From positions 32,001-96,000 of the IMG/VR virus record IMGVR_UViG_3300013947_000019: a DNA stretch of 64,000 nt; one strand, written 5' to 3'. Of this stretch, positions 19,992 to 28,800 are shown piece after piece. Under the pieces are notes generated by a model. That model was not told the origin of the DNA and did no database searches. It saw only the letters and a list, made by a program, of their open reading frames with translations. The position numbers were made by a program, and so were the translations under genes. Source of the stretch: a virus (lineage: Duplodnaviria > Caudoviricetes). The first letter of the stretch is position 1. Each line of letters begins with the position of its first letter.

Positions 19992-22187
19992 TTAAGTATT
20001 ATAGTAAGCCTTATCTAAGCCATAAACTGTATCGTCTACAGTAATTGTTTTATGAACTGCTACATCATCCGTTACATATACCGTATCATTGATATAGGAT
20101 GTCAAATGCTTTTCTTTCTGGTCAATTACACGAATTGGATCATGATCACCTAAGCGGAAAAAGACATTGATTGTATCCAATTGCACAGAAGATGCTTTGA
20201 ACACATTGATAGCCATTTTTAGATATTTCTCAATCAATGCACCATATGCACTTGGAGTATTTAAGAATAGATACTTCAGTTCATCACTATTAAATAAATC
20301 TTCTAACTTCTCAAGGATATAGATAATCATTTTATCCAAATCATTGGCATGATCCTTCATATCAATACTATCAAGTTTGGAACAAATGACAGGATCCAAA
20401 TCCTCCAGCATTTCATGATATGTATGAGCTTCAGTACCATCCATCTTTCTGAAGTCCTGCTTTTCCATCCAAGATGTATACATACATTTCTTAGCATTCG
20501 ATAATGCAATATACCGACGGATATCTGTAGTAACTTCCATCTCTTTACAAATAGCATCATACAGATTACGATTATAAACATATACATCAATCATCTGTTG
20601 ATCTTTTGCTTGACCAACTGGAAATTGTAATGCAGGAGGAGAATCATAATCTGGAATCAAGGTAATTCCATCATCAACATCTACTAATTTCTCATAAGAG
20701 TTGGCAATGGATCTAATTTCATCCATAATATCAGAACTATTAAATCGAAGAATCTCTTCAATATGATCAGGTTCATAGACAATATTACCATCAAAACCAG
20801 ATCTCTTAGCTAATGCTGCTAATAAGAATACAATCATTGTATATGCCTCTGATTTACCTGCAGCTGCATACATATTTGTACAATATATCTTAAACATATT
20901 TTCTCTAGAATGAAGTAGTAAGTTCAAGAAATAACATACTTCAAAGGTAAGTGCAGTTAAATCATATGTGGCCTCTACATCAATGTATTTTGTCATCATC
21001 AGATTAAAATCTTCTTGCAGAAGATCTTTTCTTTCTTCTTCTGTCAACTGCCAAAGATAATCATTGTTGACAACCGTTTCATATGGTGTAATATCCTCTG
21101 GCTGATAACTAATCTCGTGATCTTCAATAGGAGCTTTTACAAAATGTAAATCGTTATCTTGATCAGGATCTCCTGTGAAGATAATATTACCATCATTATC
21201 CTTTGGTTGCGTTTTCATCAAGAAGTATCTCTTTGCATCAAAGTTCTCCATAGAGAAAATCTTACAAAGATCGACTAATACACCATCGGTACCTTTTACC
21301 ATAAGAATATTATCAAGTGCTAGTACTAGGCGTCTCTTAAACGTAAATGGAAAGTTTTCAAAATATTTCTTTAAACCATATGATTCAAGAATTGCATCTA
21401 ATACTTCCTCAAAATTCAGATAAGCAGCTTCATCAGGAACCAATAGATTTCTAATAGCTAATGTAATCATTAATGTACCAATAATGGGATCATATAAAGT
21501 CTTATTGGTAAACATGTCACGATTATATACCGTTGCCATCAGATATCGTCTGGCTCCATAATATTCCTTCTCGAACATAGATTGAACCATACTATTAGAT
21601 GGAACACCAATACGAAGGATTTCAAAAGGCTTAGCCAGTCGAGCATCGATAATATCAATCTTATTGATACCTAAATATTGAAGATATTCTTTATCAGGAT
21701 TCTCTTCAATTAGTTTATCAATTGTACCTCTTGTTTGGAGATATGCAATTTGCTCAACGGAAAGCTCATGAATGGGAACATCGGCTGGGATACGAGTATC
21801 ATCAGTAATATAGATCCAAAAATGATCATTCATAGGAGGCTGACCATTTAACATCCGATAATACTCATTCTTCTCTACATAGTTCTCTACTACTCGTTTA
21901 GATTGTTCATCTACAATAACAGATCGAAGAGCTTGAGGAATATTATTAGGATCTCGGTAACAATCAGTCACTTCTTGTGGACTCATATATTTTTCAAGAA
22001 TATCAATATCAAATTCTCTAAAGTCATAAAAATACCTGCTTCCAGTTAAGCAGGCATAGTATAACTCAAAAGCTCTGATACTATCAATATCCTCAGCAGC
22101 TTGTGCTAAGTCCTGACGTTTGACAACTAAGTTATCCAACATCATCAAAGTATCTTTATAGAGTGACTTAAGGAACTCATATGTCAT
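19992..22187 (-). CDS. Putative baseplate/virion structural protein
   Basis: 731 aa; YVEKNEYYRMLNG and KGT..VLVDLC motifs reminiscent of jumbo-phage baseplate proteins; late promoter at 22220-22231. Confidence 0.55.
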   Translation of the reverse strand: MTYEFLKSLYKDTLMMLDNLVVKRQDLAQAAEDIDSIRAFELYYACLTGSRYFYDFREFDIDILEKYMSPQEVTDCYRDPNNIPQALRSVIVDEQSKRVVENYVEKNEYYRMLNGQPPMNDHFWIYITDDTRIPADVPIHELSVEQIAYLQTRGTIDKLIEENPDKEYLQYLGINKIDIIDARLAKPFEILRIGVPSNSMVQSMFEKEYYGARRYLMATVYNRDMFTNKTLYDPIIGTLMITLAIRNLLVPDEAAYLNFEEVLDAILESYGLKKYFENFPFTFKRRLVLALDNILMVKGTDGVLVDLCKIFSMENFDAKRYFLMKTQPKDNDGNIIFTGDPDQDNDLHFVKAPIEDHEISYQPEDITPYETVVNNDYLWQLTEEERKDLLQEDFNLMMTKYIDVEATYDLTALTFEVCYFLNLLLHSRENMFKIYCTNMYAAAGKSEAYTMIVFLLAALAKRSGFDGNIVYEPDHIEEILRFNSSDIMDEIRSIANSYEKLVDVDDGITLIPDYDSPPALQFPVGQAKDQQMIDVYVYNRNLYDAICKEMEVTTDIRRYIALSNAKKCMYTSWMEKQDFRKMDGTEAHTYHEMLEDLDPVICSKLDSIDMKDHANDLDKMIIYILEKLEDLFNSDELKYLFLNTPSAYGALIEKYLKMAINVFKASSVQLDTINVFFRLGDHDPIRVIDQKEKHLTSYINDTVYVTDDVAVHKTITVDDTVYGLDKAYYNT

Positions 22188-22219
22188 GTGATGTTTCCAC
22201 CACCTTTCTATAAGAGAAT

Positions 22220-22231
22220 TATCACAATGTC
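22220..22231 (-). promoter_or_regulatory. Late promoter
   Basis: GACATTGTGATA on the minus strand. Confidence 0.55.
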
Positions 22232-22239
22232 TTACTTTA

Positions 22240-22484
22240 TACTGTTGTTCCGGGGTGTATCGATTAAAAGATGAGAATCAGGCCTGGGACCAACCCAGAC
22301 CTGATCTCAAAGAAAGGAGTAACCAATGTAAACCATGCCTAACCCGCCAGCAAGTTTACCGCATCTTTGATGTAGTCTACCCCGCAGAAGACTACATCCC
22401 TACTAAAAAAGGAGGTGTAGGAAAAATGAACAAAAGAGGAGCAAGAGTATCGAGCAGGTATCGTTTTAAGCGTAGAACGTACCT
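22240..22484 (-). ncRNA. Candidate late RNA (or long leader) containing anti-SD/anti-AUG segments
   Basis: Late promoter AACAATATTATA at 22484-22495 (-); the + strand carries two SD-ATG units, one 20/23 identical to the RBS/start of the nrdD-intron HNH gene. Confidence 0.4.
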
Positions 22485-22534
22485 ATAATATTGTTATATA
22501 ATTATTTCTATAATAGTTAAAAGGAGGATCTATT

Positions 22535-23167
22535 ATGGGAAAAAAGAAAGAGTCACTCTATGTATGGGGACGTGGTAGACACGAAGATGAAAAATTAGCA
22601 TTCGGAGCAGATCCTGACATTATTCTTCATGACTATGATCTATATACTAAATTCGTAAAAGGTATTGAACATGCTGTGCGAAAAGATGATCGATATACCA
22701 AATATGTGGGAAAGATTCGTATGTCTGGTTTCAATCATTGTGCAGTACTTGGTCATGCTGCAGATAATATGGATAAAGTTGAACTTGAAATGCATCATGG
22801 TCCTATCTTTAACTTATTTGATATTTGTGATATCGTCTTAAAACATTGCTTAAATAAAGGTGATATAGATAACCTGACTACATTTGATGTAGCAGATATC
22901 GTACTTACTGAGCATGAAAAAGATCATATTCAAGTAGTTATGCTGACACAAACTGCTCATAAAGCTGCTCATAAATCTAATATGTTTATTGATACCAGAG
23001 CTAGTGTTGGCAGACTTGATAAATTCATTGATAAATTCTATGATGGGATGGAAGATGATCATTGGGATAAAATTAGTAGATACTTGGATAGATGTAAGAA
23101 ATATGGCGGAACTTTGGATAAAGGTTTATTTGATACTGTTGAAAAGCTGACTGAATATAAAAAATAA
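22535..23167 (+). CDS. HNH-like (His-rich) protein
   Basis: LEMHHGPIFNLFDI...EHEKDHIQVVMLTQTAHKAAH; resembles 31209..31982. Confidence 0.55.
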   Translation: MGKKKESLYVWGRGRHEDEKLAFGADPDIILHDYDLYTKFVKGIEHAVRKDDRYTKYVGKIRMSGFNHCAVLGHAADNMDKVELEMHHGPIFNLFDICDIVLKHCLNKGDIDNLTTFDVADIVLTEHEKDHIQVVMLTQTAHKAAHKSNMFIDTRASVGRLDKFIDKFYDGMEDDHWDKISRYLDRCKKYGGTLDKGLFDTVEKLTEYKK

Positions 23168-23169
23168 AA

Positions 23170-23203
23170 GATCCCCGGGAGTTACCCCGGGGATCCTTCT
23201 TTT
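23170..23203. terminator. Bidirectional terminator
   Basis: GATCCCCGGG-AGTTAC-CCCGGGGATC between convergent genes. Confidence 0.8.
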
Positions 23204-23416
23204 TCATGAAACCAATGTAATTATCTTCATGATAAATACAATACTCATTGCAGTACTGCATATCATAATAAATAACTCGCCACAGATATACAATACCTTA
23301 AGCTCTTTATCGATATTACTGTTTGTAATATCTTTGCTCATGCACCATCCTGCATGAATTATTGCAAATACTAATAATACAATAGCAAGAATGTATAGTA
23401 TCATTGGAATAATCAT
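23204..23416 (-). CDS. Small membrane protein (2 TM)
   Basis: 70 aa with two hydrophobic helices; abuts the upstream gene's stop. Confidence 0.55.
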   Translation of the reverse strand: MIIPMILYILAIVLLVFAIIHAGWCMSKDITNSNIDKELKVLYICGELFIMICSTAMSIVFIMKIITLVS

Positions 23417-23914
23417 TTATTCTTCCTCATTATATTCTCTTGGATGAATGGTATCAATCAGTTTGCTCAGTGTTCCAGTCTGGGACATAAGGTTATATCT
23501 TAATTCACACCACCGATAGATATAGTCTTTTCCATAGAAGAAATTAATAGAATCTTCTGTGGTCTTTCCGACATAAGTGATTAAACTTTTTATAGCATAT
23601 GCATATACAGTCTCACCATTAATCGGATCTTTCGGGGTGTAATGTCCAGCAATGGACAACTTCAAGCAACTTGTAAAGATTTCATCCAACCATTTATCTA
23701 GTTCTTCTGGTTTCATTGTACCAATCTTATTATATTCCATCTGCACAGATGTCATAACAGATTTCCTATAATTATCGATTTCCTGATACTTCTTTTTATT
23801 AATAATAATAAGTCGAACTAGATAGTATCCAAGGAAACCGACAAAGATACTAATAATCCAAAACTGAAGAGTTGCTCCAACAGTGAATACTTGTGCAATA
23901 GCAGTCCAATCCAT
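23417..23914 (-). CDS. Membrane-anchored hypothetical protein
   Basis: 165 aa, N-terminal TM segment, SD GAGGAGG. Confidence 0.65.
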   Translation of the reverse strand: MDWTAIAQVFTVGATLQFWIISIFVGFLGYYLVRLIIINKKKYQEIDNYRKSVMTSVQMEYNKIGTMKPEELDKWLDEIFTSCLKLSIAGHYTPKDPINGETVYAYAIKSLITYVGKTTEDSINFFYGKDYIYRWCELRYNLMSQTGTLSKLIDTIHPREYNEEE

Positions 23915-23917
23915 AAA

Positions 23918-24154
23918 TCAATCCTCCTCATCATATAGTGCAGATGAGTTAGCATTGATTGTAATTGTTGCTCCACACATGGGGCATATTACTGAAGTAA
24001 AGATAGATCTGTATTCACTATCATGTTCGAATGAATATTCCCGAGGAAGACGTTTTACTTCCTTATATAGAATTTCATGTTCACAAATATCACAGACAAC
24101 ATTTCCATCATCAGTGAAATCATTATAGATGATTTCTTTCTCTTTTACTTTCAT
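23918..24154 (-). CDS. Small zinc-ribbon protein
   Basis: CDIC...CPMC, 78 aa, SD GAGGAG. Confidence 0.65.
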   Translation of the reverse strand: MKVKEKEIIYNDFTDDGNVVCDICEHEILYKEVKRLPREYSFEHDSEYRSIFTSVICPMCGATITINANSSALYDEED

Positions 24155-24165
24155 CTTACTCTCCT

Positions 24166-25014
24166 CTACATAAACATCCGGATGATTGGTAATATAAATC
24201 TAGTATAATTATATACTGGATTAATGATATCCATATCTTTCTCGCCTATCTCTAATAGGTTATATTCAAATCCAGCTATTTCATATACAGTTCGATAAAT
24301 ATTTTCTCCATTCAATTCTTTATAATAATAGTGAGGAAGATTTTTAGCTTTATAATCTCTCACAAATTGAATTAAGAACTGACGAAGTTCATCTCTCTGA
24401 TCCATAGATAAATACTTGAATACTTGTAGGAAGAATTGAATCATTCCTTTCTGATGATCTGGATCTTCTACTACCTCATCACGAATGCCTTTAATAGTAA
24501 TAGATTTATTTCTTTTATCATAATAGAATTCGATCTTATCGATATTCAGATATCCCATATAAGTATGCTTGGGTCTGAATTCAAAGGGACCGAATTTCGT
24601 ATATTTTAACTTTCTACCAATAATGAACACTGCATCATTTTTGATAGCAAGTACATCTTTGTCTTGAATATGATTTATTCGGAATAACTTTTCTTTAGCA
24701 GATTGAATACCATCAGATATTGCTTTATATATAGTATTCTTTTTGGACTGCTTTTCCCGACGAATCATTTTACCAATCGCTTCTTCTCGCGCTTGCTTAT
24801 TCAATCCCTCTAGCATAGTTAAAATTTTAGGATCAATAAGTTTAGATGCTCGTAAGGCAGATGTATTAGCAGAACGAATATCATACTCATAGATATGATC
24901 CACTACATACTGTACATCTGCAGTATAGTTGACTTTCTTATACAACTCAGAATAAGTTCTTTTGAGCTCTATAAAACCTTCAGAATTGCGAACCATATCT
25001 TCCATGAATATCAT
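24166..25014 (-). CDS. Family-B DNA polymerase palm-like protein (small or split)
   Basis: Motif A-like YEYDIRSA and motif C-like IKNDAVF, followed by ITIKGI; only 282 aa with no exonuclease domain. Confidence 0.6.
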   Translation of the reverse strand: MIFMEDMVRNSEGFIELKRTYSELYKKVNYTADVQYVVDHIYEYDIRSANTSALRASKLIDPKILTMLEGLNKQAREEAIGKMIRREKQSKKNTIYKAISDGIQSAKEKLFRINHIQDKDVLAIKNDAVFIIGRKLKYTKFGPFEFRPKHTYMGYLNIDKIEFYYDKRNKSITIKGIRDEVVEDPDHQKGMIQFFLQVFKYLSMDQRDELRQFLIQFVRDYKAKNLPHYYYKELNGENIYRTVYEIAGFEYNLLEIGEKDMDIINPVYNYTRFILPIIRMFM

Positions 25015-25053
25015 ACACCTCCTTACTATGAAAAATCATTTTATGAAAGAGAG

Positions 25054-25081
25054 GGGAGGGGACATCATCCCCTCCCTTTTT
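25054..25081. terminator. Terminator hairpin
   Basis: GGGAGGGGA-CATCA-TCCCCTCCC followed by TTTTT. Confidence 0.7.
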
Positions 25082-25084
25082 ACT

Positions 25085-25465
25085 CTCCCGATCAACCTAA
25101 TCATTTCCGGTAATGGCTATAATCAGACAGGGGCCCGAAATTCACTCTATGGAAGCGAGACCTCATTACACATCCGACCGTCACACCAAGGTTATTAGTT
25201 TTGGCGTGCACTCCTATGCACACTTTCGCTAATACACCTAAATGCTAATAGGTAATAGGAGTTACCTGAATAGCAAAGTAGCCTTACCGATAGTATCGAT
25301 TAAGCAGATCTATATAATAGACCTGGACGAGCCGATCTCGACCAGATCACAACAAGAGAAACCGAAACGGGTCCACGAATTGGAATCACCAGAGACTACC
25401 TGTTTATCAGGATTGGGTGAATATGCACCGTTTCGATAACTCATGTTGCCTGGAATGATATGAAC
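25085..25465 (-). ncRNA. Candidate structured RNA / long 3' UTR
   Basis: About 380 nt with no credible CDS, elevated GC and several stems (CGAAACGG/CCGTTTCG, GTGCA/TGCAC, CTGG/CCAG); follows a highly expressed gene and ends at a terminator. Confidence 0.4.
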
Positions 25466-26605
25466 TTACTTGGACTCCTCAGTGGTCTTCAGAGCCTTTG
25501 CCGCAGCAATGAAAGCCTTGGAGAAAGTATCCTCATAGTTCATATAGCCGATCATGGTAGTCATGATCTTGTTATACTCCTTGGAACCGATAGTCACATC
25601 GCACAGAACGGCACTGGTGTGAGCATAGATCATGGGGATGAAGTCAAAGTTCTTCTTCTTGGAGAAGTACTTCACAAACTTCTTCACCTTCATCTTGGGA
25701 GCCTTGCCCTTCTTATCATAACCGTTCTTCACGGTGGGCAGCTTCATATCAGTACCCATAGCAGTATTCAGGATCTCGGTGAAGGTATCATAAGCAGCCA
25801 CTGCCACCTTGTTCTTCTCCTTCAGAGAACCGCAGACCTTCTTCATCTGCTTCTTCTTCAGACCCTCAGTGATAGCGAAGTTGTCATTGGTATAAGCATC
25901 CAGCAGGTTCTTCAGCATGATGTGACGCTCATCCTTACGGATATGCAGCTCGCCTTCCTGCTGGGCAATATTGAACAGAGCAGCCTGACGCAGCTCGATA
26001 GCGAAGAAACCAAACAGGCGCTTCTTCAGCTTCATGCCCTTGCCGGAAACACGGACCTTATCATTAGCACGAATGAAGTCGGCAACACGACGAGCAACCT
26101 TCTTGCTCTTACCCTTACCGAACAGCTTCTTCAGAACCTTGGTATCAGTCACGATCTCGATACCGAAAGCATCAAACAGAGCAGCCAGATACTTGGTCAG
26201 GAACTTATTCTTCTTCTTAGTGATCTCATCAGTGGGATCATCCAGGACGATCACGATGATGTTAGGACCGTGCTTCTTGATGTTCTTGATCTCACGCTTG
26301 GTCAGCTTACGATCGGAGCTGATGATATTCACCAGCTGAGCCATCTCGATGCACAGGCCGTTGTTCTCCATGGAAGGAACCATCAGAGCCTTGCAGGCAC
26401 TCTTGATGACCTTCTTCTCCTTCAGGCTGCCATCCAGAACACCATTGATCTCGTCCTCATCGGGCAGAATGTTCAGCTTGGTCAGACTGACCTGCAGTTC
26501 AGCATCATCGATACCCTTGGTCTTACCTGCGGTAAATGCCGCAATATTCGTATCATACTTTGCAAAGATAGTCTTTGCCTTGGATGCGGTAGTTACGATA
26601 ATCAT
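25466..26605 (-). CDS. Abundant Lys-rich hypothetical protein
   Basis: 379 aa, strongly optimised codons (AAG/CTG/ATC), SD AAAGGAG. Confidence 0.8.
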   Translation of the reverse strand: MIIVTTASKAKTIFAKYDTNIAAFTAGKTKGIDDAELQVSLTKLNILPDEDEINGVLDGSLKEKKVIKSACKALMVPSMENNGLCIEMAQLVNIISSDRKLTKREIKNIKKHGPNIIVIVLDDPTDEITKKKNKFLTKYLAALFDAFGIEIVTDTKVLKKLFGKGKSKKVARRVADFIRANDKVRVSGKGMKLKKRLFGFFAIELRQAALFNIAQQEGELHIRKDERHIMLKNLLDAYTNDNFAITEGLKKKQMKKVCGSLKEKNKVAVAAYDTFTEILNTAMGTDMKLPTVKNGYDKKGKAPKMKVKKFVKYFSKKKNFDFIPMIYAHTSAVLCDVTIGSKEYNKIMTTMIGYMNYEDTFSKAFIAAAKALKTTEESK

Positions 26606-26664
26606 AATAGTATCTCCTTTTCTTTGATTATAATATAGTCTGTAGAATTTTCTTTTTCTACAAA

Positions 26665-28737
26665 TTATTCCGCGGGGTATACATCCTCATGGTCATTATC
26701 ATTCTCAAGATGATTCTCAATACGTTCTGCTTGTGCATCCAGTACTGCAGTCTCCATGAGCTTTTCCATAGTAGATGCAGGAATCGCCTTATAAGATGTA
26801 TGAGGATCATCTGCGAACGAAATATAGAGCGAGAGGCCATTGTTATCAAATGCCTCTCTGAAGTCCCCGGAAATCTCCATGAAAATACCCGGGAACAGCT
26901 GGGTATCACTCTCATCGCAAGTATCGTTTACAACACGATACCAGCAATGAGGTTCGGTCGGTCTAATGATATCATCAGACTCCCCTGTATTATCATTGTT
27001 AGTAATTTCTTTTTCTACATCAGGCTGATCAGGGATGACATAGAAAGCCTCACAAATATTTGTGAGAATCTCGGAAGCTCTGGGATCAGCAGAGTCCTTG
27101 ATTTTAGCGAGCATATCATATGCTCTTTCACCCATATCGAGAACATTGAGTTCTTCAGGGTTTTCATCGAGAACGGTGGGACTATCCTCAGTAACCTGAG
27201 TCTGAATATCACCCACTGAATCATTCAGTACCTTCTCAATAGAGTCAGATACAAATTTAACGAACCCCTGGTACATAGAAGCTTCCAAAGGATCGCTCGA
27301 ATGCTTCAAATGATCACACAATGCAAGGAAGTTTTTAACGTTCTCGTCTCCCTTGTCAATCTCCAGCTTGAATTGAGTGCTGTTGGTATTGGACTGGCCA
27401 CCCTGAGTAGCTTCTAAACTCTGGGTCTCACTTACATTAGACTTATCAGACTCCACGGTCGAATCTGTGCTAGGAGTGCCAGCAGGAACCACACTACAAT
27501 CAGCAAGATCCCCCACAGGATCAGTACCGGCCATTTGTGTGTCATCGTTATCCATCTCGCCAGGTTCAGAATTATCGAATGTAGGAAGCTCAACGTCGAC
27601 AAGGTTGTCATCTCCCTCGACTTCATCCTCAGATGTATTCTGATCCTCGATTAGACCATTAGTTTTCGGTTTCAGAACTGTGAACCCTTCAGCATCACGA
27701 TCGTCATCAGTGACCTGGGAGTTCATGCCTTCTTTCTGATCATTCAGATCAGATTCAATATCATCGTCGTCTTCATCTACATTGACAAAGACAGTACGAG
27801 GTTCACGTTCCTCTTCCTGATACCCGTTGAGACTACGGGCCTTGGACTCATACTGGTTCGTATGACAAATTGCAGCCAACTCAGCATTGGCCATGGCTTC
27901 ACGCTCTTCTGCGTTATAACCATCTCGATACAGTTCCAGCACTTTGGTTACCTCCTTTTTCGGACGCATTTCCAGCGTCATATATTTTGCACCACATTCA
28001 TTACAAATGAAATACTTAAAGTCTTTGGAGTACTTAAGTTTGTTTCCACAATACTTAGGTTCTCCAGTATGCTTATGTTCCCCAACTATTCTTTTACAAC
28101 GAGGAGGGAACTCTTTCATTTGACTCAGTGGATACAAATCAGATCCATCAATTATTTTGATCTCGCCATCACGAGTAACACCATAATTTAGTCTCATATC
28201 AGGAGACAGATCTGCGATAAGGAAGTACTTCGAAAGATCTGACAGGATACTGAGTATCTCTGGCATGAACATGTCCATCTGATACGGAGTCGGAAGTACC
28301 AGACGCTCCTGCACCGAAATCAATGCAGCAGGATCTCTCGAATAAACTCGGTTAAATTTACCGATACATTTAGATAATTGGAAATCGTTAAAATTATCAG
28401 CGATTCCGTTTTCGTCCAATGCAACTTTGAATACGACACCAGGATAATATGGGTGTGCCATCGTAAGAATATTTGTTCCAAGACCAACTGTCTCGAAACC
28501 AAGATCAGACCATTCTTTTTCGATGTATTCAGCTTTCTGCTGATTATCCGAACAACTGGTCATAATCGTCCGAATATCGTCATACATTTCTGGTGTAAAT
28601 AATTCAAGCCAATCTTGACTCAAATCAGGTTCTCCAAATCGTTCATAATTCTTTATCTGATCTGGAGTTAAAATATTACTATATTTATATCTGCCTCCTT
28701 TCTTTTTAAGTTTCTTTTTATTACCCATAAAGAACAC
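26665..28737 (-). CDS. Protein-kinase-like domain + zinc ribbon + long acidic tail
   Basis: GLGTN (Gly loop), VVFKVA (VAIK-like), IADL...NYG, IKIIDG (DFG-like); C..C/CNEC zinc ribbon; D/E-rich C-terminal half; early promoter upstream. Confidence 0.6.
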   Translation of the reverse strand: MFFMGNKKKLKKKGGRYKYSNILTPDQIKNYERFGEPDLSQDWLELFTPEMYDDIRTIMTSCSDNQQKAEYIEKEWSDLGFETVGLGTNILTMAHPYYPGVVFKVALDENGIADNFNDFQLSKCIGKFNRVYSRDPAALISVQERLVLPTPYQMDMFMPEILSILSDLSKYFLIADLSPDMRLNYGVTRDGEIKIIDGSDLYPLSQMKEFPPRCKRIVGEHKHTGEPKYCGNKLKYSKDFKYFICNECGAKYMTLEMRPKKEVTKVLELYRDGYNAEEREAMANAELAAICHTNQYESKARSLNGYQEEEREPRTVFVNVDEDDDDIESDLNDQKEGMNSQVTDDDRDAEGFTVLKPKTNGLIEDQNTSEDEVEGDDNLVDVELPTFDNSEPGEMDNDDTQMAGTDPVGDLADCSVVPAGTPSTDSTVESDKSNVSETQSLEATQGGQSNTNSTQFKLEIDKGDENVKNFLALCDHLKHSSDPLEASMYQGFVKFVSDSIEKVLNDSVGDIQTQVTEDSPTVLDENPEELNVLDMGERAYDMLAKIKDSADPRASEILTNICEAFYVIPDQPDVEKEITNNDNTGESDDIIRPTEPHCWYRVVNDTCDESDTQLFPGIFMEISGDFREAFDNNGLSLYISFADDPHTSYKAIPASTMEKLMETAVLDAQAERIENHLENDNDHEDVYPAE

Positions 28738-28760
28738 ACTCCTTATCGATTTCTATACAT

Positions 28761-28773
28761 ATAGTATATATCT
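28761..28773 (-). promoter_or_regulatory. Early promoter
   Basis: AGATATATACTAT on the minus strand. Confidence 0.6.
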
Positions 28774-28800
28774 CAAAAAGTTTTATTCAAAACAGGTAAG

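Noticed and set aside
22255-22488. 77-aa ORF
   Set aside because: GTG start without a good SD; the region is better explained by SD-ATG units and an opposing promoter.
25460-26638. 392-aa antisense ORF (likewise 35473..36204 and 56560..57330)
   Set aside because: Same shadow effect opposite codon-optimised genes; Leu-rich nonsense composition.
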